A stretch of DNA of 63,953 nt, counting the filler, from Folioceros fuciformis (taxonomy: Eukaryota): the NCBI GenBank assembly GCA_049999805.1. It is 5 parts of 4 records of this genome, joined end to end, with 100 filler letters (N's around TTAATTAATTAA, not from the genome) between each part and the next. Parts side by side here need not be neighbours in the genome. Positions count along the whole stretch, not along the records: positions 11,210 to 32,484 come from JBNGIO010006418.1; positions 32,585 to 46,357 come from JBNGIO010006418.1; 3 more parts are not named here. The stretch is one strand, 5' to 3'. This document shows, in pieces, positions 21,875-33,676 of the stretch. Numbering within the stretch: the stretch's first letter is position 1; every line of letters starts with the position of its first letter. The notes beneath the pieces are model-generated. The model worked only from the letters and a program-made list of their open reading frames with translations. It was not told where the DNA came from and did no database searches. Both the position numbers and the translations under genes were made by a program.

Positions 21875-24800
21875 TTAGATAAACTTGACAGCTAGATTAG
21901 TGGTAAATTCACATATTCCTAAACTTTTCATATGCTTAAGGTGTAAATCCTTGCCCAATGACTTTGTCAATAAATCAGCTGGATTTTCCTGGGTTTGTAT
22001 ATAATTTATATCTATTGTTTTATTTTCTAACATCTCACGTATGTAATGATATTCAACAGCTATATGCTTAGTCCTAAAGTGGAAGACAGTGTTTCTAGCT
22101 AAGGCTATTGCTCCCTAACTATCACTGAACAGAGGTGTGGGCTCATTTTGAGGATAACGCATTCACTTAATGCTAACCTACTCTAGACTATATCTTTGGA
22201 GACTGAGGTTAGAACTCTATACTCTGACTTAGTACTTGACAAAGCAATAGTTGGTTGTTTCTTACTTGACCATGAGATAGGAGCACCTCCAAGTAGTGGA
22301 ACGTAGCCAAATACAGATTTTCGGCTGTCTGGGTCTCCAGCATAGTCAGCATCGGCATATGCTGTTAAATTTAACTTGGATATGCCGGATGTATGCTTAT
22401 ACATTAGTCTTGTGTGCATAGTCCCTTTGAGATACCTGGAAATCCTCTTGACACATAGCCAGTGTTGTCTTCCAAGGTTCTCCAAAAATTATGAGACTAC
22501 ACTAACTTCAAAAGATATATCAGGTCTTGTGAAGTTACTTAAATATATTGAAGTACCAACAGCATGTCTGTATGGTACTGCTGACATCTCGGCTTTCTCA
22601 ACATCACTCTTAGGGCTCATATCTATAGTGAGCCTTATGCCACTAGGAAATGGTGTGGCTACCGGGTTAGCGTCCTCAAGTCCAAACTTGGCTAAACTTT
22701 CCTTTATATATTTTGTCTGAAGTAAGGAAATGGATTTGTTACCTCTATCCCTTATAATATTCACTCCAAGAGCATAATTAAGTTCTCCCAAGTCTGTCAT
22801 TTCATAGTGACTTCTTAACCAAGCCTTTATTTCAGCCAGGTGGGAGAGTGAGGATGATGCTAAAAATAAGTCATCCACATAAAGTAAAAGATAAACTGTA
22901 TATTGTTTTGTCTTTAATATATACAAGCTTGCATCAGCTTTGCTTTGTATAAAGCCATATTTGATGAGTTTGCCATGTATATCCTTGTTCCATTCCTTTC
23001 CAAATTGTTTTAGGCTATATAGACCTTTTATTAATCTACATACCATATTTTCCTTGCCTTTGACCTCATATCCCTCAGGTTGCTTCATGTACATTTCTTC
23101 TTGAATGCGTCCATGCAAATAAGCAGTTTTCACATCCATCATATGAAGATGTAAATCATGTTGAGCAAATAAGGCAATTATAATTCGTAGAGAGGCAAAC
23201 TTTGCTATTGGAGCATAGGTAGCCCAAGGTATGTAATCTAAACCTGGTATCTGGGTAAAACCTCTAGCTACTAGTCTTGCCTTATATCTCTCAATGGAAC
23301 CATCGCCCTTACGTTTGATTTTGAAGACCCATTTGCTCCCAACTACTTTTCTTCCTTTTGGTGGTTTGACTAATTTCCATGTAGAGTTCTTAACTAGGGA
23401 GTCATACTCAGAGTCCACTGCAGCTTTCCATAAATCCTTCTTAGGAGAGGAAAAAGCTTGTTTAATGGTTAGTGGCTCTTTAGGATCAATTGTAGCTTTA
23501 TAAACAGATTGATGAAAATGGGAGAAAGGTGACGAGGGATCATCAAAGGTGGTAAGGTATCCTAATGGTGGTTCCTTCCAACCTACGGGCCCTAAGACAG
23601 CAGGTCTGGTTCTTAGGTTGTACCTTGGTGCAGGTTGTGCATCTTCGTTGACGACTTGTTCTAAAGAGTTTTCTTCTTCTTCAGATGCTTCAGGAGCTAG
23701 TTCAACTATAGGGGGAACTGGCTGATCTGCATCCAAATATTCAGGCTTGGAAAAGTCATCATCCGGGATATCATGAATATCGTCAAGGTGTTGAGGAATT
23801 TCCATGTATGGATCTAGAGTCGTGGGTCGTCGTGGAGAAGGTGGCTCCTCCTCCTCCTGCAATATAGGTTCAACCGAAGGGGAGGAAGGAGAGTAATGAA
23901 GACTAATAAATTCATCATCATCAAAGGATGAGGATAGATGATTGTCGTCTGGGACAAAGACAGGAGATCGTGAATTCACTAGAGATAATATGGGTGACTC
24001 ATGAAAAGTAACGCTGCGGGCGTAAATGAGTCTCCTAGTAGCTGGGTCAAATAATTTGTATCCTTTGATACCTTCTGTATAGCCAATAAAAACATATTTG
24101 GCAGCCTTATCATCTAACTTCTTGCGTTGTGATTTAGGAATATAAACATACGCCGTACAACCAATAACCCGAAAGGTGGTCAATGGAAGGCTTTCTTCCA
24201 GTGAATGCTTCATAAGGTGTCATACCTTTAACCGCTGAGGTTGGTAGTCTATTAATGAGATATGTTGCTGTTATAATTGCTTCAACCCAATATGGTTTAA
24301 TTAAACTAGCTTGGGAGAGCAAGCAACCTGTCATCTCTTGATGGCGTAGGTTCTTATTTTCAGCTACGCCATTTTGCTGAGGTGTATATACCACTGTAAG
24401 TTGTTGAGCAATACCTTGAGCTCGACAAAAATCAGTAAAAGCATTTGATATAAACTCGCCTCCATTATCAGAACGGAGGGTCTTAAGTTTCTTCTCTGTA
24501 AGTCTCTCTGCCCACATCATATAATCCTTAAAGCACTTAAAAGCTTCACTTTTGTGCTTGAGGATGTATGTTGTGGTAAAGCGAGAGAAATCGTCGATGA
24601 AAGTAATGAAGTATCTGCAACCGTTGAAGGAAGGTGCAGAAATTGGGCCACAAATGTCGGTGTCAACTATCTCTAGGGGTACCTTAGCCCGCTGGGGAGA
24701 GTTGTTTTGGAAAGGTGCTTGATGTCTTTTAGTGAGGACACAAGCTTCACACCATGATAATGGTTCTATCTTATTAAGAGAAGGGTTTCTATAAAGGTTT

Positions 24801-26339
24801 CCCTTAGACATTTGTATAAGATTTTGGCTGTTAAGATGTCCTAATCTACAATGCCAAAGTACAGTTGTATTGGAGGTGACAGAATTCTGGGAAGCTACAT
24901 TAATTCTATCATGTGAGGGTCCCACTTGGACGGACAGTTTATATAACCCGTCCTTCATAGTGCCTGTGCAGATGTTGAGGGACTCACTAGGAGAGTAAGT
25001 AAGGATACAACTATCTGCATCTAAAATAACCTGCATATTATGTTTTGTACATAAACTAGCAGCTGACACTAAATTTTTACACATGGATGGTACATGAAGG
25101 ACGTTGGAAAGAAGGAGAGTGTGACCTGAAGAACATCTGAGTTTAACTGAACCTACACCTAAAATGGGGAGGTTATGGTCATCGCCCAGTAAGACAGTCT
25201 GGTGTCCTGTAGCTGGCGAATATGACTCATATAATTGTTTATTATGACAGATGTGTGAAGTGGCTCCACTATCCAGGTACCAATATGGGTTTGTTGACTT
25301 TGATGAAGCCAAGCATACAGTAAGAGCCGAAGGTGTTGTGGAAGATGGCTTCTTCATAGCAACATGAGCTCCAGGTGTGGCCTCTTTTCTGGGCTCGCCG
25401 TTCTTTTTCTTATAACAGTCCTTTTCCAATTGGGATCCTGCACCAATTTCAAATGATGCCTTTCTTCTTGGTACCTCTTGCAAGTGTTGAAGAAGAAGTC
25501 TCTCGTCTCCGAGAGTTGTTATTGGAACTCTGGGGTCATAGGGAAGTAGAACCTCGGCCTCTACCTCGTCCTCTTCCATTGCCCCTTTCAGTGAACATCA
25601 CCTGTTGCTTATTGGTTTTGGAGTGTCGCCGAGTGGATTCCTCTTGCATCAACGCTCCTATTAGTTTGGCGATGCTGAGCTTAATGTCTGTTTGTGGATT
25701 CTTGTCTGCCTCCCTTCTAGCGTTGCGCAAGATAGCATTTTGAGTTGTGACAAAAGCTCTATATGACGGCGGCAAAGAAGATAGAAGGATGACATATGCT
25801 TCCAACTCATGGACAAGAATGCCACTTGCAGCTTCAAGTTGAGATCTCGCCAGTCGAAAAGCACTTATATGGTGTTCAATGGAATCAGACTCCTTCATTT
25901 GAAGGTTGCGGAAATTACGGGAGGCAGCAACGATACTCATAAGATCCATTGAGGAGTAGAGTTGAGCAAGGTGAATCCACATGTCGTGGGAGGTCTTTGC
26001 ATGACCTACTTGTATCACCATCTACTCCGAAAGTCCATTGATTATAAGGTCTTGCGCCTTCTCGTCCCTGGCGTCCCAGGAAGTTCGAAGGTGTGCTTCA
26101 AAAACTTCAGTGGGTCTAGGGAGCCTTCCTTCGACTATTTCCCAGAGATCTCGTTGTCGTAAAGCTCCTTTCATCCGTATAGCCCAAACATAATAATTCT
26201 TTCCATTGAACCTGTCCTTCTCTTTAAAGCTATCACCATAATGATTAATCAAAGTATGATTAGTATTTCCAGGAGGATCCATCCTGGGAGTGTTTGGTGA
26301 CGCTGAAACTTCTTCTTCGTCGTTAAATACTCCAGCCAT
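21875..26339 (-). pseudogene. copia-4 Gag-Pol with several stops and frameshifts
   Basis: FKEKDRF, WYLDSGAT, LRSDNGGEF, LYVDDL, YADADYA, ADLLTKSL spread over multiple ORFs. Confidence 0.93.
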
Positions 26340-26349
26340 AGAAGGCGAT

Positions 26350-26934
26350 CTAGAGGACTAAGCCTCGTCGGTATAGCTTTTCATCTTCTCTATTGCATGA
26401 TCGAAACTCCTCCCTTGGGTAATAACTTGCAATAGGAGATGACGACCTGCTTGGAAATTCCTGCACATCTATAAACTTAGAGAGAGTGGACACCTTTGTC
26501 CTTAGTTCAGTTAGTTCTCCCTTGAGATCAAGATGTTGGATTCTAAGAGATGATAGTTGTCTATCTAGGTCGTCAATTTTTTGAGTTTCTATGTCTTGGC
26601 CTTGTAGACTATAAGAATTAGGAGTGTTAGTACCAGCTCTCAAATTCGGGATATGTTGGATTGCTAGCTCTAATGCTTTGACGTGAATAGGGCTAAGAAA
26701 TTCTAGCAAATTACGTCTAGCTAGCTCAATCAACTTCCCTTGATCTGGTTTTGAAATTAGAATGAATGCAATGAAGTTAGCTATGCAAGAAGAGGTTTCA
26801 TCAATCTCTCCTGCTATGATATGTGAACTTCTATTGCTTCTAATGTTCTTGCTCCTAGCTTGTTCTTGTTGTCTTGTAGGGCAATCTCTTTTCTTTATTC
26901 TAGATCTCCTCCTACTAAGGGAATACACTTCCAT
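26350..26934 (-). CDS. Leader ORF (194 aa, basic N-terminus and coiled coil) upstream of copia-4 gag
   Basis: Open frame ending 10 nt before the gag ATG; IDDLDRQLSSLRIQHLDLKGELTELRTKVSTL heptads. Confidence 0.55.
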   Translation of the reverse strand: MEVYSLSRRRSRIKKRDCPTRQQEQARSKNIRSNRSSHIIAGEIDETSSCIANFIAFILISKPDQGKLIELARRNLLEFLSPIHVKALELAIQHIPNLRAGTNTPNSYSLQGQDIETQKIDDLDRQLSSLRIQHLDLKGELTELRTKVSTLSKFIDVQEFPSRSSSPIASYYPREEFRSCNREDEKLYRRGLVL

Positions 26935-27126
26935 GGAAGGGGGGGGAAAAGGAATTAGTGCATAAAAGCATTATAAGAAAACATATATACGCATGAGAAG
27001 AAAACATAGAAGAGCAGCAATTCTAGAATGAACACAATCCATCTAGCAAGGTGCTAGATTGGAAAATGCCTCCTAGATGAGCTCCTTAGATGCTTGAAGC
27101 TGCACTCGCATAATGGAGAGCAAGAT

Positions 27127-27138
27127 GCTCTGATACCA
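27127..27138 (-). promoter_or_regulatory. PBS, tRNA-iMet, of copia-4
   Basis: GCTCTGATACCA on + strand directly beside the LTR. Confidence 0.95.
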
Positions 27139-27422
27139 TGATGAAAATCATGCCTTGCTCTTAGATGCAAAAGATAGAATGCAATGAATTAAAGAGAAAA
27201 GTACAAGCCTTTATATAGGCTAGGTGGTTGAGGTTGTTAGGTGGTTACAACTATAAGTAGTTGTAACCATAAGTAGTTATAACCATAAGTAGTTATAACT
27301 AATGTAACAACTAATACCTAGAGCAACTAAATAGGTAACTACCTAATGCCCTAGATGATAATATAATGTTTAAAGTGATGTGGCCCTAATGAATAGTGCC
27401 CTAAATTAGATATATTTCATCA
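27139..27422 (-). repeat. 5' LTR of copia-4 (284 bp)
   Basis: TGATGAAA...TTTCATCA terminal inverted repeat; direct repeat of 19535-19819. Confidence 0.95.
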
Positions 27423-27427
27423 CACCC

Positions 27428-29560
27428 CACCTCACAGTGAATCACCATTTCTCGGAGCATGTATGTTCGTGAGCACCTTGATACTCCAGGACATAGCGGG
27501 AGCATAGTTGGCTCCTATCCCGACCTCGATGACCCCGTTCGCAATGAGGAGGAGAATATTGAAATCGAGCAGCTCTCCGAAATTGAGCCCCCATCGGTGC
27601 ACCAAGTTGCCCAAGTTCCCCAGGCAGTGGAACCACCAGTGCACCAACCTGCTGCTCAAATGGGTCCATTGCTCTCTCCGACCATCGTTGCAGGCCAAGC
27701 ACCAATTTCTCAAGCCGCTACTGCACCCGGAGTAACTAACCCCACTCTTGCTAGAGTAAATCCACCAGCCGCCATACCTGAGAGGTGTCAATCCTCAAGA
27801 GCTCGCCGCCGTCTTGCTTACCTTGACGATTACCATGTGCCGGGTCTTGCTCTATCCCAACCTGCTGTAGCAGATCCGGCCCCAATTGTTCCCGACATGG
27901 ACAATCTGCTTGCAGAGACAGATACTAAGACCGACACTACTCCTGCCACCCTCATGGCAAGGGCAATGCTGGCCGCAACTCACGTCCTGGAACCAGCAAC
28001 TCTCGAAGCAGGACTCGCATCACTTGACAAGGAAGGATGGATGAAGGCAGTTCAGCACGAATATGACTCCATGATTCAGTTGAAGACATGGGTGCTCACC
28101 CCACTTCCTCTTGGTGCAAGGCAATTAAATGCAAGTGGACATTCAGACGTAAGTTGAAGTCTGACGGAACCATAGAAAGACTCAAAGCAAGGCTCGTGGT
28201 GAAGGGCTACAGCCAAAGGCCTGGCCTTGGTTATGGAGATAACATCTACGCACCTGTGGTGACTGCTCAATCAGTTAGGTTCCTCCTGGCAATCGCGGCT
28301 GAGTACGATCTTGACGTGCATCAGCTCGACATTTCAACAACCTTCCTTTATGCCACACTGAGGGAAGAAATTTACATGGAGCAACCACCAATGTATGTGG
28401 ATCCCAAGAGACCTACCTGGGTCTGCAAGCTGCTCAAGGGCCTATACGGCCTTAAGCAATCACCAGCTGAATTTTATGTGCTGATTGATGGCCACCTCAT
28501 TCAATTTGGCTTTGTCAAGACCTTAGTAGACCAGAACTTATACTTGCTGCGAAGAGGAGACAAATTCTTGGCGTTGGCCTTGTATGTTGACGACTGCATC
28601 GTGTTCACCAATGACTTAGGAAAGCTGCTTGTAGACGTAAAGGAGATGCTTGCTGCCAAGTTCAAAATGAGAGATCTTGGACCCCTGGAATTCTGTCTTG
28701 GTGTGCAGATTTGTCGAAACAGAGAAGCAGGCACCTTGACTCTCCTTCAATCTAAGTACGTGCTCGAAATTCTGGATAATTTCAAGCTAGCAGATGCTCA
28801 TCTTGCCCCAACTCTGCTTCCAATTGGAGTGAAGCTTAGAGCTGACGACTGCCGCACTACCGAAGTTGAAAAAGAGGACATGGCCAAGGTGCCATACCTG
28901 AGCGCCGTTGGTAGCCTCATCTACCTCCATGGTTGGACACGTTACGACATCTTCTATGCTGCTTCTGCTGTTGCACAATTTATGTCTAACCCTGGAAGGG
29001 CACACTGGATGTGCGTAAAGAAGATCTACCGGTACCTGAAGGGCACCACTCACTTTGGAATCATCTACAAGAGATCCACCGATGGCAAGCTCAACTTTGA
29101 GGGCTGGGCAGATGCGGACTGGGCGTCCGGCCTTGATGCCCGGCAAAGTATTGCAGCTTATGTTTTCACCCTCGATGGCTCTGCAGTCTCATGGTCAAGC
29201 AAGAAGCTTGCTACCATCTAATTGTCAAGTGTAGAGAGCGAATACGGAGCATTGTCAAAGGCAGGTCGAGAGGTCATTCATTATAGACAGATCTTGAAGG
29301 ATCTCGGCCATGAGCAGTCTGACCCCACCATTCTAACAATATCCTTGACTGAGGGTGACAGGTTCCATGCCAGAACCAAGCACATAGAAGTAGCCTACCC
29401 CTTCATCAGGCAATTGGTAGCTAAGAGCATCGTAAAAATAGTCTGTCCCCACAGAGTCCAATCTCGCGACATGCTCACAAAGTCCCCACCTAGGATCCGT
29501 CATGAGTCACTTACAGCATCCCTAGGACTAGTGGACACTGCAAACAAGGAACGTTCATGA
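27428..29560 (+). pseudogene. copia-3 integrase tail, RT and RNase H
   Basis: KARLVVKGYSQ, LYGLKQS, LYVDDC, WADADWA, HARTKHIEV; frameshifts. Confidence 0.92.
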
Positions 29561-29799
29561 GATGGCTGAGACCAGCGGGAGTGTTGAAGACCCAGCTGAC
29601 ACTTAAACAGTTCACACACCACTCATGAACAATCACACCTCGTCATCATCCCTAAACCGTCGCACCTCCTCACCGATCACCTACACCTACACACACATGA
29701 CCACAAGAGCATAAGTGTAACTATGTAATCTGTAAGAGAAATCTGCAATAAGAGAAAACAATCGTACCTGCCATGTACTTTCTTAACGAAGCTACGAGC

Positions 29800-30900
29800 A
29801 TGACAAGGATACCTCGTGGACCTAATGGCGAGCTGCAATGGCAGTTAGCATGACTTTGTGCAGAGACTGTGGATGACCCACAATCTGGCTTTCGTCCACA
29901 AACTTGAAGGGCTGCCACCGTGTTACGATGCAAAAGAAAGGCCAATGCAGGGGCCGCGGACCTTCCCTGTTTTTGAAATATGACATCAGCAAGTACCAGT
30001 GAATGACGACCAGCTGAATCGTGAATCGACAGCAGGCTCTTGGTGTTGGAGGAGCAGACCAAGACATGAACGCTTTGTTTACTTGGTGCTGAGACTATCA
30101 GACGGAAGCGCGAATCTGTCATCAACTGAATTAAAGGTTCCCCGCGCACCTACTTGAGACGGGATTCCCAGACGTCTGTTGGTGAAGAGTTTCTGATTGG
30201 TCTTACTGGGCTAAAACCATTGATGAAGGATGTACAGCACAAGATTCAGGACTTCCTTAAAACACATCTCCACTCAGCCGCTCTGTTGGACAAATATACA
30301 TGTATGTTGTGCACGTGACCAGTGGGCATGTTCGGCTTCTCGGTAAAGCAAGAGACGGTTACAGGTCGGATCAACTGCAGTTGCTTCTATCATGCAAGCA
30401 CCGCGTGCCATCATCCACAAGAAAGCCAGGGACACCATCACAACTTATGCCCTGGAGAACCTTGAAGCTGGTGACAGCAAGCAGACAGTTCTGGAGCTTC
30501 GGGAAAACGAGAAGGTGGACATGACGGTGTCCTGGCTTCGAATCTCAGAGGAATTATGGAGGCTCCAACGAATTGGACACAGTTGATGCAAGACTTTTTG
30601 ACCGATGAAGATAGGGCAGAAGCTGCAGAAGGTACTGCCTACGCCCAGGGCCTGGTGAGCAAGAAGGTTAGAACTGGAAATTTAAGGCGGAACAAGTACG
30701 GTGATGCTCCTCCTGTACAGGAACTGGCAACGATTGAGGACATAACAGACGAATTGCAGAGGAGTGGGATACACGCCCAGGAGAGGCGTCCGAACTCACT
30801 TACGCTTGGGTCAAAGAGCACTATTCCATACGAGGAAATCACAGTTTATGAACCTCTCACTCGCTATGGTTGCTGAGACAGCTTGACAATGTCGTGAACA
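29800..30900 (+). pseudogene. Possible decayed protein-coding sequence of unknown family
   Basis: Chain of overlapping + ORFs (30300-30876) with protein-like composition and no recognised motif. Confidence 0.25.
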
Positions 30901-31771
30901 CTACAGGAATGTGGCAAAAGCTTGTTTCCGTGTCCACAGGGTGATGACGCCTAAAGTTATCGTAGCTTCACCGTCGAGCTGAAGCTACTAGATGTTTTAG
31001 GGCTGCGGATACGTTGTTAGAGCTGGTGAGGACATCGGAAAGTGGTTCTGAGTTTTTCCTTAAGCACGTGGGTGAGGGGTGGCGGGACCCGAAGGCATGC
31101 TGCTGTTGAATGGCCATGCCAAATTTCATTTGCGGGAAGGCTTCTTGGACGTGCTACAGCAGGAACAGCAAGCTCCCAGTTGTTTTAGGGGAAATGGCGA
31201 CGAAGCAAATGCACATACACATAGCAGTCTCCTAGCACGAGATTGTCTCTTATAAACAGCTCAGTGGATGCTGAAGCTAAGATACCAGATGCAACATCAG
31301 CCTGCGTGGTGCGCATCACGAGATTTCCCTTCTGCTGCCTGCTGAAAGGGCAATTCTCTAGCTCCTGGCAAATAAAGCAATTCAGAACTCCTTTCAGAAA
31401 CCATTCCGAACCCTCCTCATAGCACGGTACATTCCGCTTCCCACAAAGGTCATGAAATATTTTCGAGCAATCAACCCTCTGTCTCAACCTTCAGCATTGA
31501 CTTCAGTTTTGGAGCTCCAGGACAATGACCATCCCGATGCATGTGGATGCCGCTCTAGAACAGGTGCAACCCGCAGTGTAAAGTCTCGCTTTGTGGTCTG
31601 GAGGAAAGAGATTTACACATGAAAAAAGAGTGTCGAAGCCTAAGATTTCCCTTCCCAAGTTACGAGATCAACTCTGGCGGCTACAAAGGAAACCCTAGAG
31701 CTACCTTGCCTGTAGACCATACGTACGTGCATCACCAGCATCTAATTCCCTCCTCACTCGCCTACTTCCAT

Positions 31772-32484
31772 CTAAATGTCCGGCTCAGGAATGAAGGCGT
31801 CGAAGCGAGGGGTAAGGGGGATGGCAGCGTAGTCGCCGTGGAGGCCCCGACGGAGCAGAATGGGGGCACTGATTGGCATCCACCACCACTGCGCCTCCGG
31901 CCCAAGCAGGCTGCACACAAGCTGCATGGGCACACCACGGACGGTGATGTACAGCAAACTGTCATCCCCAGCAAACCAGGACATGGGCACAAAGCGACCC
32001 AGTTTCCACTCTTGCTTCACCAGGGCCTGGGGAAGCTTTGCCACCTCCTCCAGCGCCATGGTCTCCCGGTCGAGTCTCCAAATGCAAGCGGAGAAGGGGC
32101 CCCCGGCCTGGCCTGACCTCATCCGCGGGAAGGTGGTCAGAAGCAGAAGGCGGCCGAAGCAATCCACCACCAGATTCGGGCACGTCGTGAACACGTCCCT
32201 AGGCAGGGTGAGCGCCTCGCACACCCACGTGCACGGCTCCTTGGACACCAGACTAGCGCTGAGCAGCCCGAGATGACGCCGCCACGGGTAGCCTGACAGA
32301 TGCAGGCCAGGCCTGTGGAACCAATCCAGCACGTACATGCACCCCCTGTACTCCGTTCCCCTCCCAAAGCACTGTCTCCAGTGGGTGAGGTCGAAGGCGA
32401 TTCCCTGCCCCGGACCAAGTGCGGCTGAGCGCGGCACGGATTCCTGGGTGATAGTCCACACGCCGGTGCGGGAGTCGTACACCT
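31772..32484 (-). CDS. F-box/kelch-type beta-propeller protein, C-terminal part (5' end lost at contig linker)
   Basis: YDSRTGVW, PNLVVDCFGRLLL, IWRLD..EEVAKLP, WWWMP and terminal LTPRFDA are typical of plant F-box/kelch-like proteins. Confidence 0.7.
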
Positions 32485-32584
32485 NNNNNNNNNNNNNNNN
32501 NNNNNNNNNNNNNNNNNNNNNNNNNNNNTTAATTAATTAANNNNNNNNNNNNNNNNNNNNNNNNNNNNNNNNNNNNNNNNNNNN

Positions 32585-33200
32585 GGGGGATCCAAAATGG
32601 GATTAGCAATATCAAGGAGGTGGAGGCGGTAAATAAAGGATGAGAGGCGAAAAAGGCCATCAAGTTCGAGGGGAAAGGCGGCAAATTCAAAAAGGAGGAT
32701 GGGTAAAGGAGTCGAGTGCTCACAAGCAATGTGAGCGCGGAGAAAGGAAGATTGAACCCTTTCCACCATTGCCCAAGAAGAAGGGGAGAGATCCGGGCCC
32801 CAAATTTTAGCACCATACAAGGCGGAGGGAATTACCATAGTGTTGAACAGCTGCTTCCGACGATTGATATCCTGAAAATTCATTCTGTATAAAGAACAGC
32901 GCAAAGTACAAATAGAGCCCATCCCCTTGGTAAGGGGGAAGAGGCAGAGGAAGTCTAATTAAGCGCAAAGTACAAATAAAGCCCATCCCCTTGGTAAGGG
33001 GGGAAGAGGCAGAGGAAGTCTAATTAAATTTAGGACCGAAAATAATGATACCCAAATAAGTATAGGATTGGACATCTCCACCTCCTTGACCATCATAATA
33101 AAATTTGCAATCACCCTTGTAATTCCAAGTGTAATCTAAACCACATAATCTTGGGTTTATGGTTTAAACCGAAGACCCTAAATCCTATAACCCTCTTGCG
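32585..33200 (-). mobile_element. Non-LTR (LINE) reverse transcriptase fragment with an internal ~64-bp tandem duplication (~32899-33027)
   Basis: YTYLGI.. and LFNTMVIPSALYGAKIWG..ERVQSSFLR thumb-region motifs. Confidence 0.75.
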
Positions 33201-33570
33201 CAAATAGACAAAGAGACCCTTGGTTCATCCAGTTGCTTTTGCAAGCCCTCGGGGAATGATATCACTATACTACAACGACATATATCTCACTGTACGCTTA
33301 AATTTTATAATCTTTTTTCCAGTCTCATCCGTATTTGTTAATATAGTAGTTACCACAAAATTTATGAATTTATTGTGCTTCTTACCTTGTTATTCAATGG
33401 TCAGAGATCTGACAGAATTTAATAAAGTTCTAAAACATTAATAAGTGCTGGGGAACCAATGAGGTTCTTGCAGGCACTCCTGTTGAATTCTCATCACTCC
33501 AATCACCACATCAGGCAACGGGATTGCTTGAGAATTTGTCATTAAGATAAACCTGCACCAGTCACAGCAC

Positions 33571-33676
33571 TTTCCCATCAAGATATACCTTTCCGAGCCA
33601 CGGCTCTTTCCCATTAAGATACCCCTTTCCGAGCCACAGTTCTTTCCCATTAAGATACACCTTTCCAAGCCACAGC
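33571..33676. repeat. 36-bp tandem repeat x3 spanning the EDR2-like stop codon
   Basis: TTTCCCATTAAGATAC(A/C)CCTTTCC(G/A)AGCCAC units. Confidence 0.9.

Larger units (their letters stand above)
19510..27422 (-). mobile_element. Complete Ty1/copia element (copia-4) with both LTRs and 5-bp TSD CACCC
   Basis: LTRs 19535-19819 and 27139-27422 (about 7 substitutions plus 1 indel by eye), PBS 27127-27138, PPT 19820-19829, TSD at 19505-19509 and 27423-27427. Confidence 0.96.
17575..29788 (+). mobile_element. Degenerate Ty1/copia element (copia-3), split by copia-4; 5' end cut by copia-2
   Basis: Gag/PR/INT at 17691-19509 resumes at 27428 (YKLVHP|TSQ*ITISRS); RT/RH to 29560, PPT-like AGCGGGAG, putative 3' LTR 29582 to ~29788. 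Confidence 0.85.
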
